64,000 nt of DNA from an uncultured Verrucomicrobia subdivision 3 bacterium. GTDB taxonomy: Bacteria > Verrucomicrobiota > Verrucomicrobiia > Limisphaerales > UBA11358. The stretch lies in contig CAITTG010000092.1 of assembly GCA_903895255.1 (NCBI GenBank), positions 64,306 to 128,305 of the forward strand, given 5' to 3'. How positions within the stretch are numbered: position 1 is the stretch's first letter; every line of letters starts with the position of its first letter. Below the pieces are notes generated by a model that worked only from the letters and a program-made list of their open reading frames with translations, did not search any database and was not told the DNA's origin. Positions 1 to 7,967 of the stretch are shown here, piece after piece. The position numbers and the translations under genes were made by a program.

Positions 1-785
1 CGATGACTTTTACCATCCCACAACCAGATGCGGCGAACCCCGCTATCCGCGCAATATTCGTTATTATATAACAACAGGTGACGGTTTACCGGCGAGAATT
101 GCACATGGGTCACCCAGGCTTTGGGAACCGGTTCACAAGCCACCAAGTATCCCGTGGCGGTGTCATAGATCCGCAAATACGAGGAGAGCCCCTCCGCCTG
201 GATCCGTTGATCCACCTCGAAATTGGATTTGCCCGCCACCTGCTGGTAGCCTTCCAGGGCCCGGGCATCGGTGGTGGGCACGCAGAGCCAGGAACCGTCC
301 GCCGAGACATGGGTGAAGGCGGTGACCTGATCCGGGGGCAATTCGGCCAGCACTTTTTGCCGGCCATCCAGTGTCACCGAGCAAACCTGCCGATCCTGAA
401 GGTAATACACCACCCCGGTGCGGGGATCGAGGCTGACACTGCCCTTGCCAAAGCCCCGATAGGGTTGACCGTCGAAATACACATAGGATTTCAAGATGCC
501 CTCCGTGTTGGTGGTCAACTGCCGTTCCGACCCGGTCGTTAAATCCCGGGTGAAAAGATTCGGGTTGCCGGTCCGGTCACTAATGAAAACCAGATGCCGG
601 TCATCGGCGGTGAGGCTGGACGAGGTGAACTACAGCAACTGGTTGTTGCCGGTGTTCGTGGCGGTCACCATGCGGGCCGCGGTGCGATGGGAATTATCGA
701 CCACCACGCCGGGCTGACCGGCCGCCAAATGGGCGGCAAAAAAAAGACTGCTCCAACCAATCAGAAACAAGCGCCATGCATTCAT
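1..785 (-). pseudogene. Oligogalacturonate-lyase-like (PL22-like) / TolB-type beta-propeller secreted protein. The frame is interrupted by an in-frame TAG at 630..632, and the 3' end lies outside the window.
   Basis: Absent from the ORF track because there is no start codon after the stop and the frame runs off the window edge. Manual translation starts at the ATG at 785, which overlaps the GH95 stop as ATGA. It reads MNAWRLFLIGWSSLFFAAHLAAGQPGVVVDNSHRTAARMVTATNTGNNQLL*FTSSSLTADDRHLVFISDRTGNPNLFTRDLTTGSERQLTTNTEGILKSYVYFDGQPYRGFGKGSVSLDPRTGVVYYLQDRQ...WVTHVQFSPVNRH... The signal peptide and the propeller-like body are in the same frame. The family call is from memory of the 'LYF..s...DG..lvF.SDR.G..NLF..DL.tg...QLT' pattern. 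Confidence 0.55.
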
Positions 786-3220
786 AAATGCCAAAAACCG
801 GGAGTTTTAACCCTCCCTTGTGAATCCACCAAAAACAACTGGCCCGGGCGGGTGGGCAAGGTCACCCACCGGCCGGCGGCATGCAAGCGCAGAGGATGCC
901 CGAGCAGGGACTTGATGCGGGCGTTTTGGAGCGCGCCATGGCTCCAGGTCATGGCGACTTCAAAACCACCGCGCGCGCGCAAACCGCTGACCTGACCGGC
1001 GGGCCAGGCCCGGGGCAGCGCCGGCAATAATTCCACCTCGTAAACGCCATTGGTGTCGCAGGTCTGACTTTGCAGGAGTAATTCGCCGATGGCGGCGGTC
1101 TGGCCCAGGTTGCCATCAATTTGAAAATCGCAGAAACCCGGAAAGCGCGCGGTAAGGTTGGCATTGACTGCCTGGTGCAGGTGGGTATCGAGCACCTGCA
1201 AAGCGGTGTCACCGTCGTGCAGCCGCGCATAGACGTTGGCTTGAAAGGCCCCCTGCCAGCTCCCTATCCGGCCGTGCTGCCACATTTGCTCATGATCGAA
1301 AATTTTGCGCACCCCCGCGGCCAGTTCCGGTGTGCCGGCGGGGGTGATTTGCGCGCTGCAAATCAGGCCCCAACTGGACAGGGCCTCGTCATGCGCCATC
1401 CGCGGCCAGTCCGCGAGATACTCCTGCAATTCCCCGGAGGTGGGGCTGACGCGCATGGGCGGCAAGCGGGGCAGCGCTTTTTCCAGCTCCTGTCGAAACG
1501 CCGCGTCCGTGTCGAGAATGCGGGTGGCGCGAATACAGTTTTGAAACAGCTCGCGAATCATCTGCATGCTCGCGGTCGGCCCCAGGCAAACCGAGCCCGT
1601 GGTGCCGTCGGGTTTTTGCCAGAGATTTTCAAAATTAACATCCGGCCCGGTGACCAGCCAGCCGTGGTCCGGCTCCGCCACCAGGGAGTCGAGATAAAAT
1701 TGCGCCGCCCCTTGCAGGACCGGCCAGATTTCCGCTAGGTAGGCCGTATCGCCGGTGAACGCATAATGCTCCCACAGGTCCTGGCACAACCAGGCGCTGC
1801 CCACTTGAAAGATGGCCCATCTCGCCCGGCCCGAGACCGGTCCGGCAGTGCGCCAGATATCCGTGTTGTGATGCGCCATCCAGCCCCGCGCCCCGTAAAG
1901 TTCCCGCGCCACATTGGTACCGTCCACGCTGAGCTCCCGGGTCAGGGATATCAACGGCAGGTGGCATTCCGACAGATTGGCGGTTTCCACCGGCCAGTAG
2001 TTGATTTCGGCGTTGCAATTCAAGGTCCAGTTGGCCGCCCACGGCGGATAGAGCGAGTTATTCCAAAGGCCTTGCAAATTGGCGGGCTGCGTGCCCGGCC
2101 GGGAGCAGGAAATCAGCAGGTAACGGCCGAATTGATAGTACAGCGCCGCCAATGCCGGATCGTTGCCGGGCTGATAGGCCTTGACCCGCTCATCCGTCGG
2201 CAGCGCTTCCGCCGCCGGGTTGTGGCCGAGATCCAGTTTAACGCGTTGAAAGAGGTGTTGATAGTCGGCCATGTGCGCGGCCAGCAACTGGCGGTAGCGT
2301 TGCCCCGCCACGGCCGACCAAGCCTGTTCACAGAGCGCCCCGGGATCACGGCCCGCCTGGCTGGGGCTGCTATGCGGGCCGTTGTAGCTGGTGGCCGCGA
2401 CCAGCAGCAGGGTGACGGCATCGCACTGCTCCGCCACGACACCATTTGTCGTATACCGAATACGTCCACCTGACGCCGTTGCCGCCAGGCGGGCTGCAAA
2501 AGTCATGCCCCGAGGATTGGCGTTCGTGTCGTAAATGTGAATATGCTTGTGGTAACTGTCCGAATAACTGGGGCAACGACCGGCCAGCCAGTAGGAATCG
2601 AGCCCGATGGTGGTTTGGTGGGGCAATTGGCTGTCGAGAGCGGTGGCAAAGGAGATTTTTCCCGGCTGGCTGGCGGTCAGCCGCACCACAATGGCCTGCG
2701 CGGGGTGGGAGGCGAATATTTCGCGGACATAGGTCACACCGCCGACCTCATAACTTTCGCGCACCACACCACGGGATAAATCGAGTTCACGGCGATAATG
2801 AGTCGCCGCATTCGTGGCGGCGAAATCAATCTGCAGATCGCCCAAGGCCAGGTAATTTTCATCGTAGCGGCCGAGCATGTTTGTTTCGACGAGCTGTTGC
2901 GCCGCGAGTTCGTGTCCGGCCAGCAACTGGCGGCGGATTTCGGGCAGCGCGGGCAAGCCATTGGAGTTGATGTTTTCGTAGGGCTCGCCGGACCAAAGCG
3001 TGTCCTCGTTCAAGTCAATGCGCTCGCGGGCGACCCCACCCCAAACGGCGCCGCCCAGCCGGCCATTCCCGATAAAGAGCGATTCCGACCATTTTGTGGC
3101 CGGGTGCAGGTACCACAGCGCGGGCTCGCCCGGCGAGCGGCGGTCGTCCGCCAACCCCATGGTGGGAAGGCCAGTCGTCAACGTGATAAACAAACAGAGG
3201 TAATAAATATAAATTCGCAT
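782..3220 (-). CDS. Glycoside hydrolase family 95 (alpha-L-fucosidase-type), secreted
   Basis: 812-aa ORF with a signal peptide (MRIYIYYLCLFITLTTGL). GH95 hallmarks seen: DTLWSGEPYE, YRRELDLSRGVV.E.Y, ANLQGLWNNSLYPPWAANWTLNCNAEINYWPVE and DIWRTAGPVSG. Confidence 0.85.
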   Translation of the reverse strand: MRIYIYYLCLFITLTTGLPTMGLADDRRSPGEPALWYLHPATKWSESLFIGNGRLGGAVWGGVARERIDLNEDTLWSGEPYENINSNGLPALPEIRRQLLAGHELAAQQLVETNMLGRYDENYLALGDLQIDFAATNAATHYRRELDLSRGVVRESYEVGGVTYVREIFASHPAQAIVVRLTASQPGKISFATALDSQLPHQTTIGLDSYWLAGRCPSYSDSYHKHIHIYDTNANPRGMTFAARLAATASGGRIRYTTNGVVAEQCDAVTLLLVAATSYNGPHSSPSQAGRDPGALCEQAWSAVAGQRYRQLLAAHMADYQHLFQRVKLDLGHNPAAEALPTDERVKAYQPGNDPALAALYYQFGRYLLISCSRPGTQPANLQGLWNNSLYPPWAANWTLNCNAEINYWPVETANLSECHLPLISLTRELSVDGTNVARELYGARGWMAHHNTDIWRTAGPVSGRARWAIFQVGSAWLCQDLWEHYAFTGDTAYLAEIWPVLQGAAQFYLDSLVAEPDHGWLVTGPDVNFENLWQKPDGTTGSVCLGPTASMQMIRELFQNCIRATRILDTDAAFRQELEKALPRLPPMRVSPTSGELQEYLADWPRMAHDEALSSWGLICSAQITPAGTPELAAGVRKIFDHEQMWQHGRIGSWQGAFQANVYARLHDGDTALQVLDTHLHQAVNANLTARFPGFCDFQIDGNLGQTAAIGELLLQSQTCDTNGVYEVELLPALPRAWPAGQVSGLRARGGFEVAMTWSHGALQNARIKSLLGHPLRLHAAGRWVTLPTRPGQLFLVDSQGRVKTPGFWHL

Positions 3221-3587
3221 AAAATCATGACACCTCGAGGTGCTCGGCCAGGCTGGCTAATTCCAGACTGGTGGCTGGCTTAGTTTGACCAATCGCATCA
3301 GCTCCTGGCCAGAAATATTCCGGACCGAAATCCGAAGGTCATAAACACCCGGCGTCAAATCCACCGGGCCAAGCGCATCCGTGAGTTGGTTTCCCCACCG
3401 AACCGGGCCGGTAAATTGGACCCGCGACGAACGGTAGTCACATTACGCTATCATCCTGAGGGCCGGCAGGAAATTTCAAAAGGGTCCGGTTTTCGCGAAG
3501 AGCCGGACTGGCGAGGCAGCGAAGCCACCAATGGAATTGCCAGCGCAATCAAAATGGTAAAATATAGGCTCAAGTGGATCCCAGCCC

Positions 3588-6500
3588 ATGGAACCTGTGA
3601 AAACCAGCGGTCCCGCCATGCGGACCATTATACATTTAGACGCGGATGCGTTCTTTGCTTCCGTGGAGCAATCGGCGGACGCGCGCCTGCGGGGCAAGGC
3701 CATTGCCGTGGGGGGCGAAAGCCGGGGCATCATCGCCTCCGCGTCCTATGAGGCACGGCAGTTCGGCATTTACACGCCCATGCCCACCGCCCGGGCGCGC
3801 AAGCTGTGTCCCCAGTTGATTGTGCTGCCCGGTGATTACGAGCGGTACGAGCAGTTTTCCAACTGGATGTTTGGATACGCCTACGATTTCACCCCGAACG
3901 TGGAGCAAACGTCGATTGACGAGGGGTACTTTGACATCACCGCCAACCAAAGTCAGCCCGCTCCGGACATTGCCCGGACCATCAGCCGGGCCATCCGGCA
4001 GTCGCTCAAAATCACTGTCAGCGAAGGCCTGGCCACGAACAAGCTCATCAGCCAGATTGCCTCAAAACTCAACAAACCGGCGGCTTTCCAGGTAGTGCCG
4101 GCGGGCCGGGAAAAATCGTTCCTGCATCCCCTGCCCAATCGCTGGCTGCCGGGCGTGGGCCCGCAGGCCGCCCTGCGCCTGAATGCCGCGGGACTGGCGG
4201 AGATCGGCCAGATTGCCGCCACGCCGGTGGACGTGCTGGAATTGCTCCTGGGCCAGCAGGCACCGGCCCTGCGCCAGTTTGCCAACGGCATTGATGAGCG
4301 CCCCCTGATTCCAGCGGGCGAACCGCAGAAATCCTTCAGCCAGCAGGAAACCTTCGCCGAGGATGTGACCGATGAGGAATATGTCGGGGCCGTGCTGCGG
4401 CGCATGGCCGACCAATTGTTTGCCAAGGTGCGCGCGGAGGGCCGCAGTGTGCGCACCCTGACGGTCAAGGTGCGCTATAACGACCGGGACGAGAACCAGC
4501 GGGCATGCAGCCTGCGGGAGCCCACGGATTTGGAAACGGATGTTTACGGGCGGCTGTCCGGCCTGCTCAAGGAAGCCTGGCAGCGGCGCGTGAGCCTGCG
4601 CCTGGTGTCATTGAAATTATCGAATGTCTATGCCGGGATGTTTCGCAGCGAACTGGCGCTGGAAACCAACGCACGCCAGCATGAGGCCCGGGAACGACTG
4701 GCGGTGGTATTGGATGAACTGCGGCGGACCAAAGGCTGGTCGGTGGTGCTGCGCGGCCACGACCTGCGCCTGCGCGACGCGCCCCGTGACCTCGTGAAGG
4801 AACAGGCGCAACCGAAGGTCGCCATCCGGTATCCAGTCCGCCGAATCACCCGGCCGCCGGTGGCCGCGGCGCCTTACATTCCGCTCCGGGCGCGCAGTTA
4901 CTACACGTTTCTTGACTCCACGTTGTCCCCCGCCGCCCTGGTCAACCTGGCCAAACAACATGGCCAGACGGCCGTGGCGCTGACTGACCTGGGGAATTTA
5001 CATGGAGCGGTGGAATTCGCACAGGCGGCGAAGCGGGCGGGGATACAGCCGGTCTTCGGCACGGAATTGCGGGTCCAAGACCAGCCGCTGCTGCTGTTCG
5101 TGGCATCGGCGGCAGGCTATGCCAATTTGAACCGGCTGCTCTCGCTCAAGGCGGGCACGGATCATGCCGAGGGTGCGGTCGCGGCCCAGCAGCGGCGTCC
5201 CCTGCCCCGCGAACGACTGGAAGAATTCGGCGGCGGCCTGATCGCCGTCAGCCCGGACACGACGCTGGCGGAATTGTTTCCCGGTCGCTTCTATCAAATG
5301 GCCACCAAAGGAAGGACCGGCGGCCAGCACGCCGTGGTGGCCTGTCCGGCGATTCACTATGCGCTGCCGGGGGACCGGTTGAAATATGACATTGTGCAGT
5401 CCATCCGCACCCTGACCCTGCTCCGCCAGGCGCATCCGGAGAAACGCCCGGATGGCGCGCTCCATTTCCGCACTCCGTCCGAGCTGGCGGGCGCGTGCCG
5501 GGAACATCCGGAATGGGTGGCGCACACGCGGGAAATCGCGGAGCGCTGCCAGTTTGACCTGCCGTTCGGCAAGCCGCAATTCCCGGCGTTTGTCCCGCCG
5601 GACGGATCCACGCCGCGCGAATTTTTGCACCGGTTGGTGGCGGACGGGTTGCGATCCCGTTATGGCGCGCAGGCCAAAACCCACCAGCCGCAGGTGGCGC
5701 AGGAATTGCAGATCATCACGGCCGTGGGCTACGAGGAATATTTTCTGGTGGTCTGGAACATCCTGCAAGAGTGCCGGCGGCAGGGGATCGAATGGATCAC
5801 GCGGGGGAGCGCGGCGGATTCGCTGGTTTGTTACTGCCTGGGCATTAGTGACGTCTGCCCCATCCGTTTCCGGCTCTATTTCCGGCGGTTCCTGAACCAG
5901 GAGCGCATGGCGTTGAACAAGCTGCCGGACATCGACGTGGATTTTCCCCACGACCGCAAGGACGATGTGGTCAACATCCTCTTCGCCAAATATGGCCGCG
6001 ACCATTGCGCCGTGGTCGGGGGTTTCTCCACCTTCCAGGCGCGCAGCGCCTTTGCCGACGTGGCCAAGGTGCTGGGCATGGCCGAGCGCGAGGTGCGTAA
6101 ATTCACCCATTATTTTCCGTGGAGTTTCGGCGGCGGCTGGGGACCGGAAGAGCCCGCTGTGCAGACCGCCGATGAATTGCGCGCACAACTGACAGCCAGC
6201 CCCGAAAACCGCGACCTGCCCTTGAACGAGGAGCCTTTCAAAACCACCCTGGACATGGCGGTATTGCTGGACGGCTTCCCGCGGCATCCCAAAATGCACC
6301 CCTGCGGCGTGGTGCTCTCCCGCCAGCCCATGCACGAACTCACGCCCACGTTCATCGCCAACAAAGGCTGGCCCACGACCCACTATGACATGGACGCCGT
6401 GGAGGTCATCGGCCTGGTGAAAGTGGACGTGCTGGCCCAGGGCGGCCTGGCCGTGATGCGCGATGCCCGCGCCGCCCTCGCCCGCCGGGGGGTGACCGTG

Positions 6501-7955
6501 GATTTGAAGGTCCTAGAGCCGTGGGCAGACCCGGCGGTCTGGGACATGATTGCGGGAGGCGGCGGGAGATCGGTGCATCACATTGAAAGCCCGGCCATGA
6601 CCAGCCTGTGCCGGCAATGCCAGGTGCGGGACATTGACACGCTCATCGCCATCGTGAGCGTGATCCGCCCCGGAGCCGCCAACGAGGGCAAGAAACTGGC
6701 CTTCACCCGGCGTTATCAAGGGCTGGAGCCGGTCACGTATCCCGATCCCTCCCTGGCGGACGTTTTGTCCGACACCTTCGGCCTGGTGATTTATGAGGAA
6801 CACATTCTGCAAATCTGCGAGGCCTTCGCCGGCCTGCCCCCGGGCCGGGCGGATGTGTTGCGCCGGGCGTTGAACAAGCAGAAACGCGCCGTCATCGCAG
6901 AAATTTGCCGGGAATTTATCGAATCAGCCGCGGCACGGGGGCACACCCGGGCAAAAATCGAGGAGGTGTGGGGGCTGGTCACAGGCTTTGCCGGGTATGC
7001 GTTTTGCAAAGCGCATTCCACCGCGTACGGCGTGGAGGCCTACCAGTCCGCCTGGCTGAAGCGCTATTATCCGGCCGAATTCATGGCCGCGGTGCTGACC
7101 AATGGCAAGGGCTTTTATGATCCGCTGGTGTATGTGCTGGAATGCCACCGGCTCGGCCTCACCCTGCTATCCCCCTCCGTCAATGACCCGGGCCCGGCAT
7201 TCACCGCCCACGGCCAAGCCATCCGCGTGCCGCTGACCCGCGCACAAGGCTTGACCGAAGACACCGTAAACCGCTTGCTGGCCGAGCGGGCCCACGGGGA
7301 ATTCAGCTCCCTGGCAAATTTTTACGAGCGTGTCCGCCCCCACCCCGAGGAACTGGAGGCGATGATCCGCGCCGGGGGGATGGATGAATTTGGCCCGAGC
7401 CGCACCCGCGCATTTTGGGAGGCCCAGCAACTGCTCAAGGCCGACCGGCGGCAGCCCCGGTCCACCCGGGGCGCGCGGAATCTGGAGTTCGCCTTTGAAC
7501 CGCCCAAGGATCTGCTGGCATCCTTCTTTTCCAACCCCGCCAGCCTCCTGCGCGAACCCACGCGCCAGGAGCGGCTGGAGGCGGAAACCGCCTTGTTTGG
7601 CCACACCGTCAGCGGCCATCCGCTGGAATTGTTTCCCGACATCGCCTGGGACACCTACTGTCCGGTGGCCCGCCTGGGCGAACACCTCGGCGAAACGGTG
7701 GTGACGTGCGGCCTGGTGGTGGAGCAGCGCACCCACCATCAGGTCACCGGCGAACCCATGAAATTCCTCACCCTGGCCGACTGGACCGGGATGGTGGAGA
7801 CGGAACTCTTCGCGCAGAGCTACCGCAACTACGGCCTGGCGACCATCCGTTATCCCGTGCTGGAAGTCACCGCCACGGTGGAACCTTTTGAAAATGGCCG
7901 GGGCTTTTCCCTGCGCGTCCTGCGGGCGGGAAAACCGCGCGGGGGAACCGGGTGA
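3588..7955 (+). CDS. dnaE2: Fusion protein: Y-family DNA polymerase (DinB/Pol IV-like, catalytic residues intact) joined to a C-family error-prone polymerase alpha subunit (DnaE2/ImuC-like)
   Basis: Single uninterrupted 1,455-codon frame. The N-terminal part shows MRTIIHLDADAFFASVEQ, SYEARQFGI, SIDEGYFDIT and GLATNKLISQIASK. A 36-aa Arg/Pro linker spans nt 4764..4871. The C-terminal part starts with a degenerate PHP motif (YIPLRARSYYTFLDS) and continues with GYEEYFLVVWNIL, RGSAADSLVCYCLGIS, PDIDVDF and a C-terminal OB fold. A more DinB-like start is Met11 at nt 3618. Confidence 0.85.
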   Translation: MEPVKTSGPAMRTIIHLDADAFFASVEQSADARLRGKAIAVGGESRGIIASASYEARQFGIYTPMPTARARKLCPQLIVLPGDYERYEQFSNWMFGYAYDFTPNVEQTSIDEGYFDITANQSQPAPDIARTISRAIRQSLKITVSEGLATNKLISQIASKLNKPAAFQVVPAGREKSFLHPLPNRWLPGVGPQAALRLNAAGLAEIGQIAATPVDVLELLLGQQAPALRQFANGIDERPLIPAGEPQKSFSQQETFAEDVTDEEYVGAVLRRMADQLFAKVRAEGRSVRTLTVKVRYNDRDENQRACSLREPTDLETDVYGRLSGLLKEAWQRRVSLRLVSLKLSNVYAGMFRSELALETNARQHEARERLAVVLDELRRTKGWSVVLRGHDLRLRDAPRDLVKEQAQPKVAIRYPVRRITRPPVAAAPYIPLRARSYYTFLDSTLSPAALVNLAKQHGQTAVALTDLGNLHGAVEFAQAAKRAGIQPVFGTELRVQDQPLLLFVASAAGYANLNRLLSLKAGTDHAEGAVAAQQRRPLPRERLEEFGGGLIAVSPDTTLAELFPGRFYQMATKGRTGGQHAVVACPAIHYALPGDRLKYDIVQSIRTLTLLRQAHPEKRPDGALHFRTPSELAGACREHPEWVAHTREIAERCQFDLPFGKPQFPAFVPPDGSTPREFLHRLVADGLRSRYGAQAKTHQPQVAQELQIITAVGYEEYFLVVWNILQECRRQGIEWITRGSAADSLVCYCLGISDVCPIRFRLYFRRFLNQERMALNKLPDIDVDFPHDRKDDVVNILFAKYGRDHCAVVGGFSTFQARSAFADVAKVLGMAEREVRKFTHYFPWSFGGGWGPEEPAVQTADELRAQLTASPENRDLPLNEEPFKTTLDMAVLLDGFPRHPKMHPCGVVLSRQPMHELTPTFIANKGWPTTHYDMDAVEVIGLVKVDVLAQGGLAVMRDARAALARRGVTVDLKVLEPWADPAVWDMIAGGGGRSVHHIESPAMTSLCRQCQVRDIDTLIAIVSVIRPGAANEGKKLAFTRRYQGLEPVTYPDPSLADVLSDTFGLVIYEEHILQICEAFAGLPPGRADVLRRALNKQKRAVIAEICREFIESAAARGHTRAKIEEVWGLVTGFAGYAFCKAHSTAYGVEAYQSAWLKRYYPAEFMAAVLTNGKGFYDPLVYVLECHRLGLTLLSPSVNDPGPAFTAHGQAIRVPLTRAQGLTEDTVNRLLAERAHGEFSSLANFYERVRPHPEELEAMIRAGGMDEFGPSRTRAFWEAQQLLKADRRQPRSTRGARNLEFAFEPPKDLLASFFSNPASLLREPTRQERLEAETALFGHTVSGHPLELFPDIAWDTYCPVARLGEHLGETVVTCGLVVEQRTHHQVTGEPMKFLTLADWTGMVETELFAQSYRNYGLATIRYPVLEVTATVEPFENGRGFSLRVLRAGKPRGGTG

Positions 7956-7967
7956 ATCATGCAAAAA

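Noticed and set aside
78-542. 154-aa plus-strand ORF at the left edge
   Set aside because: It starts at a GTG and is antisense to the PL22-like frame, which has a signal peptide, translational coupling to GH95 and propeller-like sequence.
3221-3587. Looked for a LexA/SOS box or an imuA-like ORF upstream of the polymerase fusion
   Set aside because: I could see no CTGT-N8-ACAG-like palindrome, no TGTTC/GAACA-type repeat and no credible ORF of imuA size. Absence by eye is not proof. A position-weight-matrix scan with the clade-specific LexA motif would be decisive.
4998-6383. 461-aa minus-strand ORF inside the polymerase gene
   Set aside because: Antisense to the DnaE2-like region, which has the conserved palm motifs in the plus frame. 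This is a shadow ORF typical of high GC.
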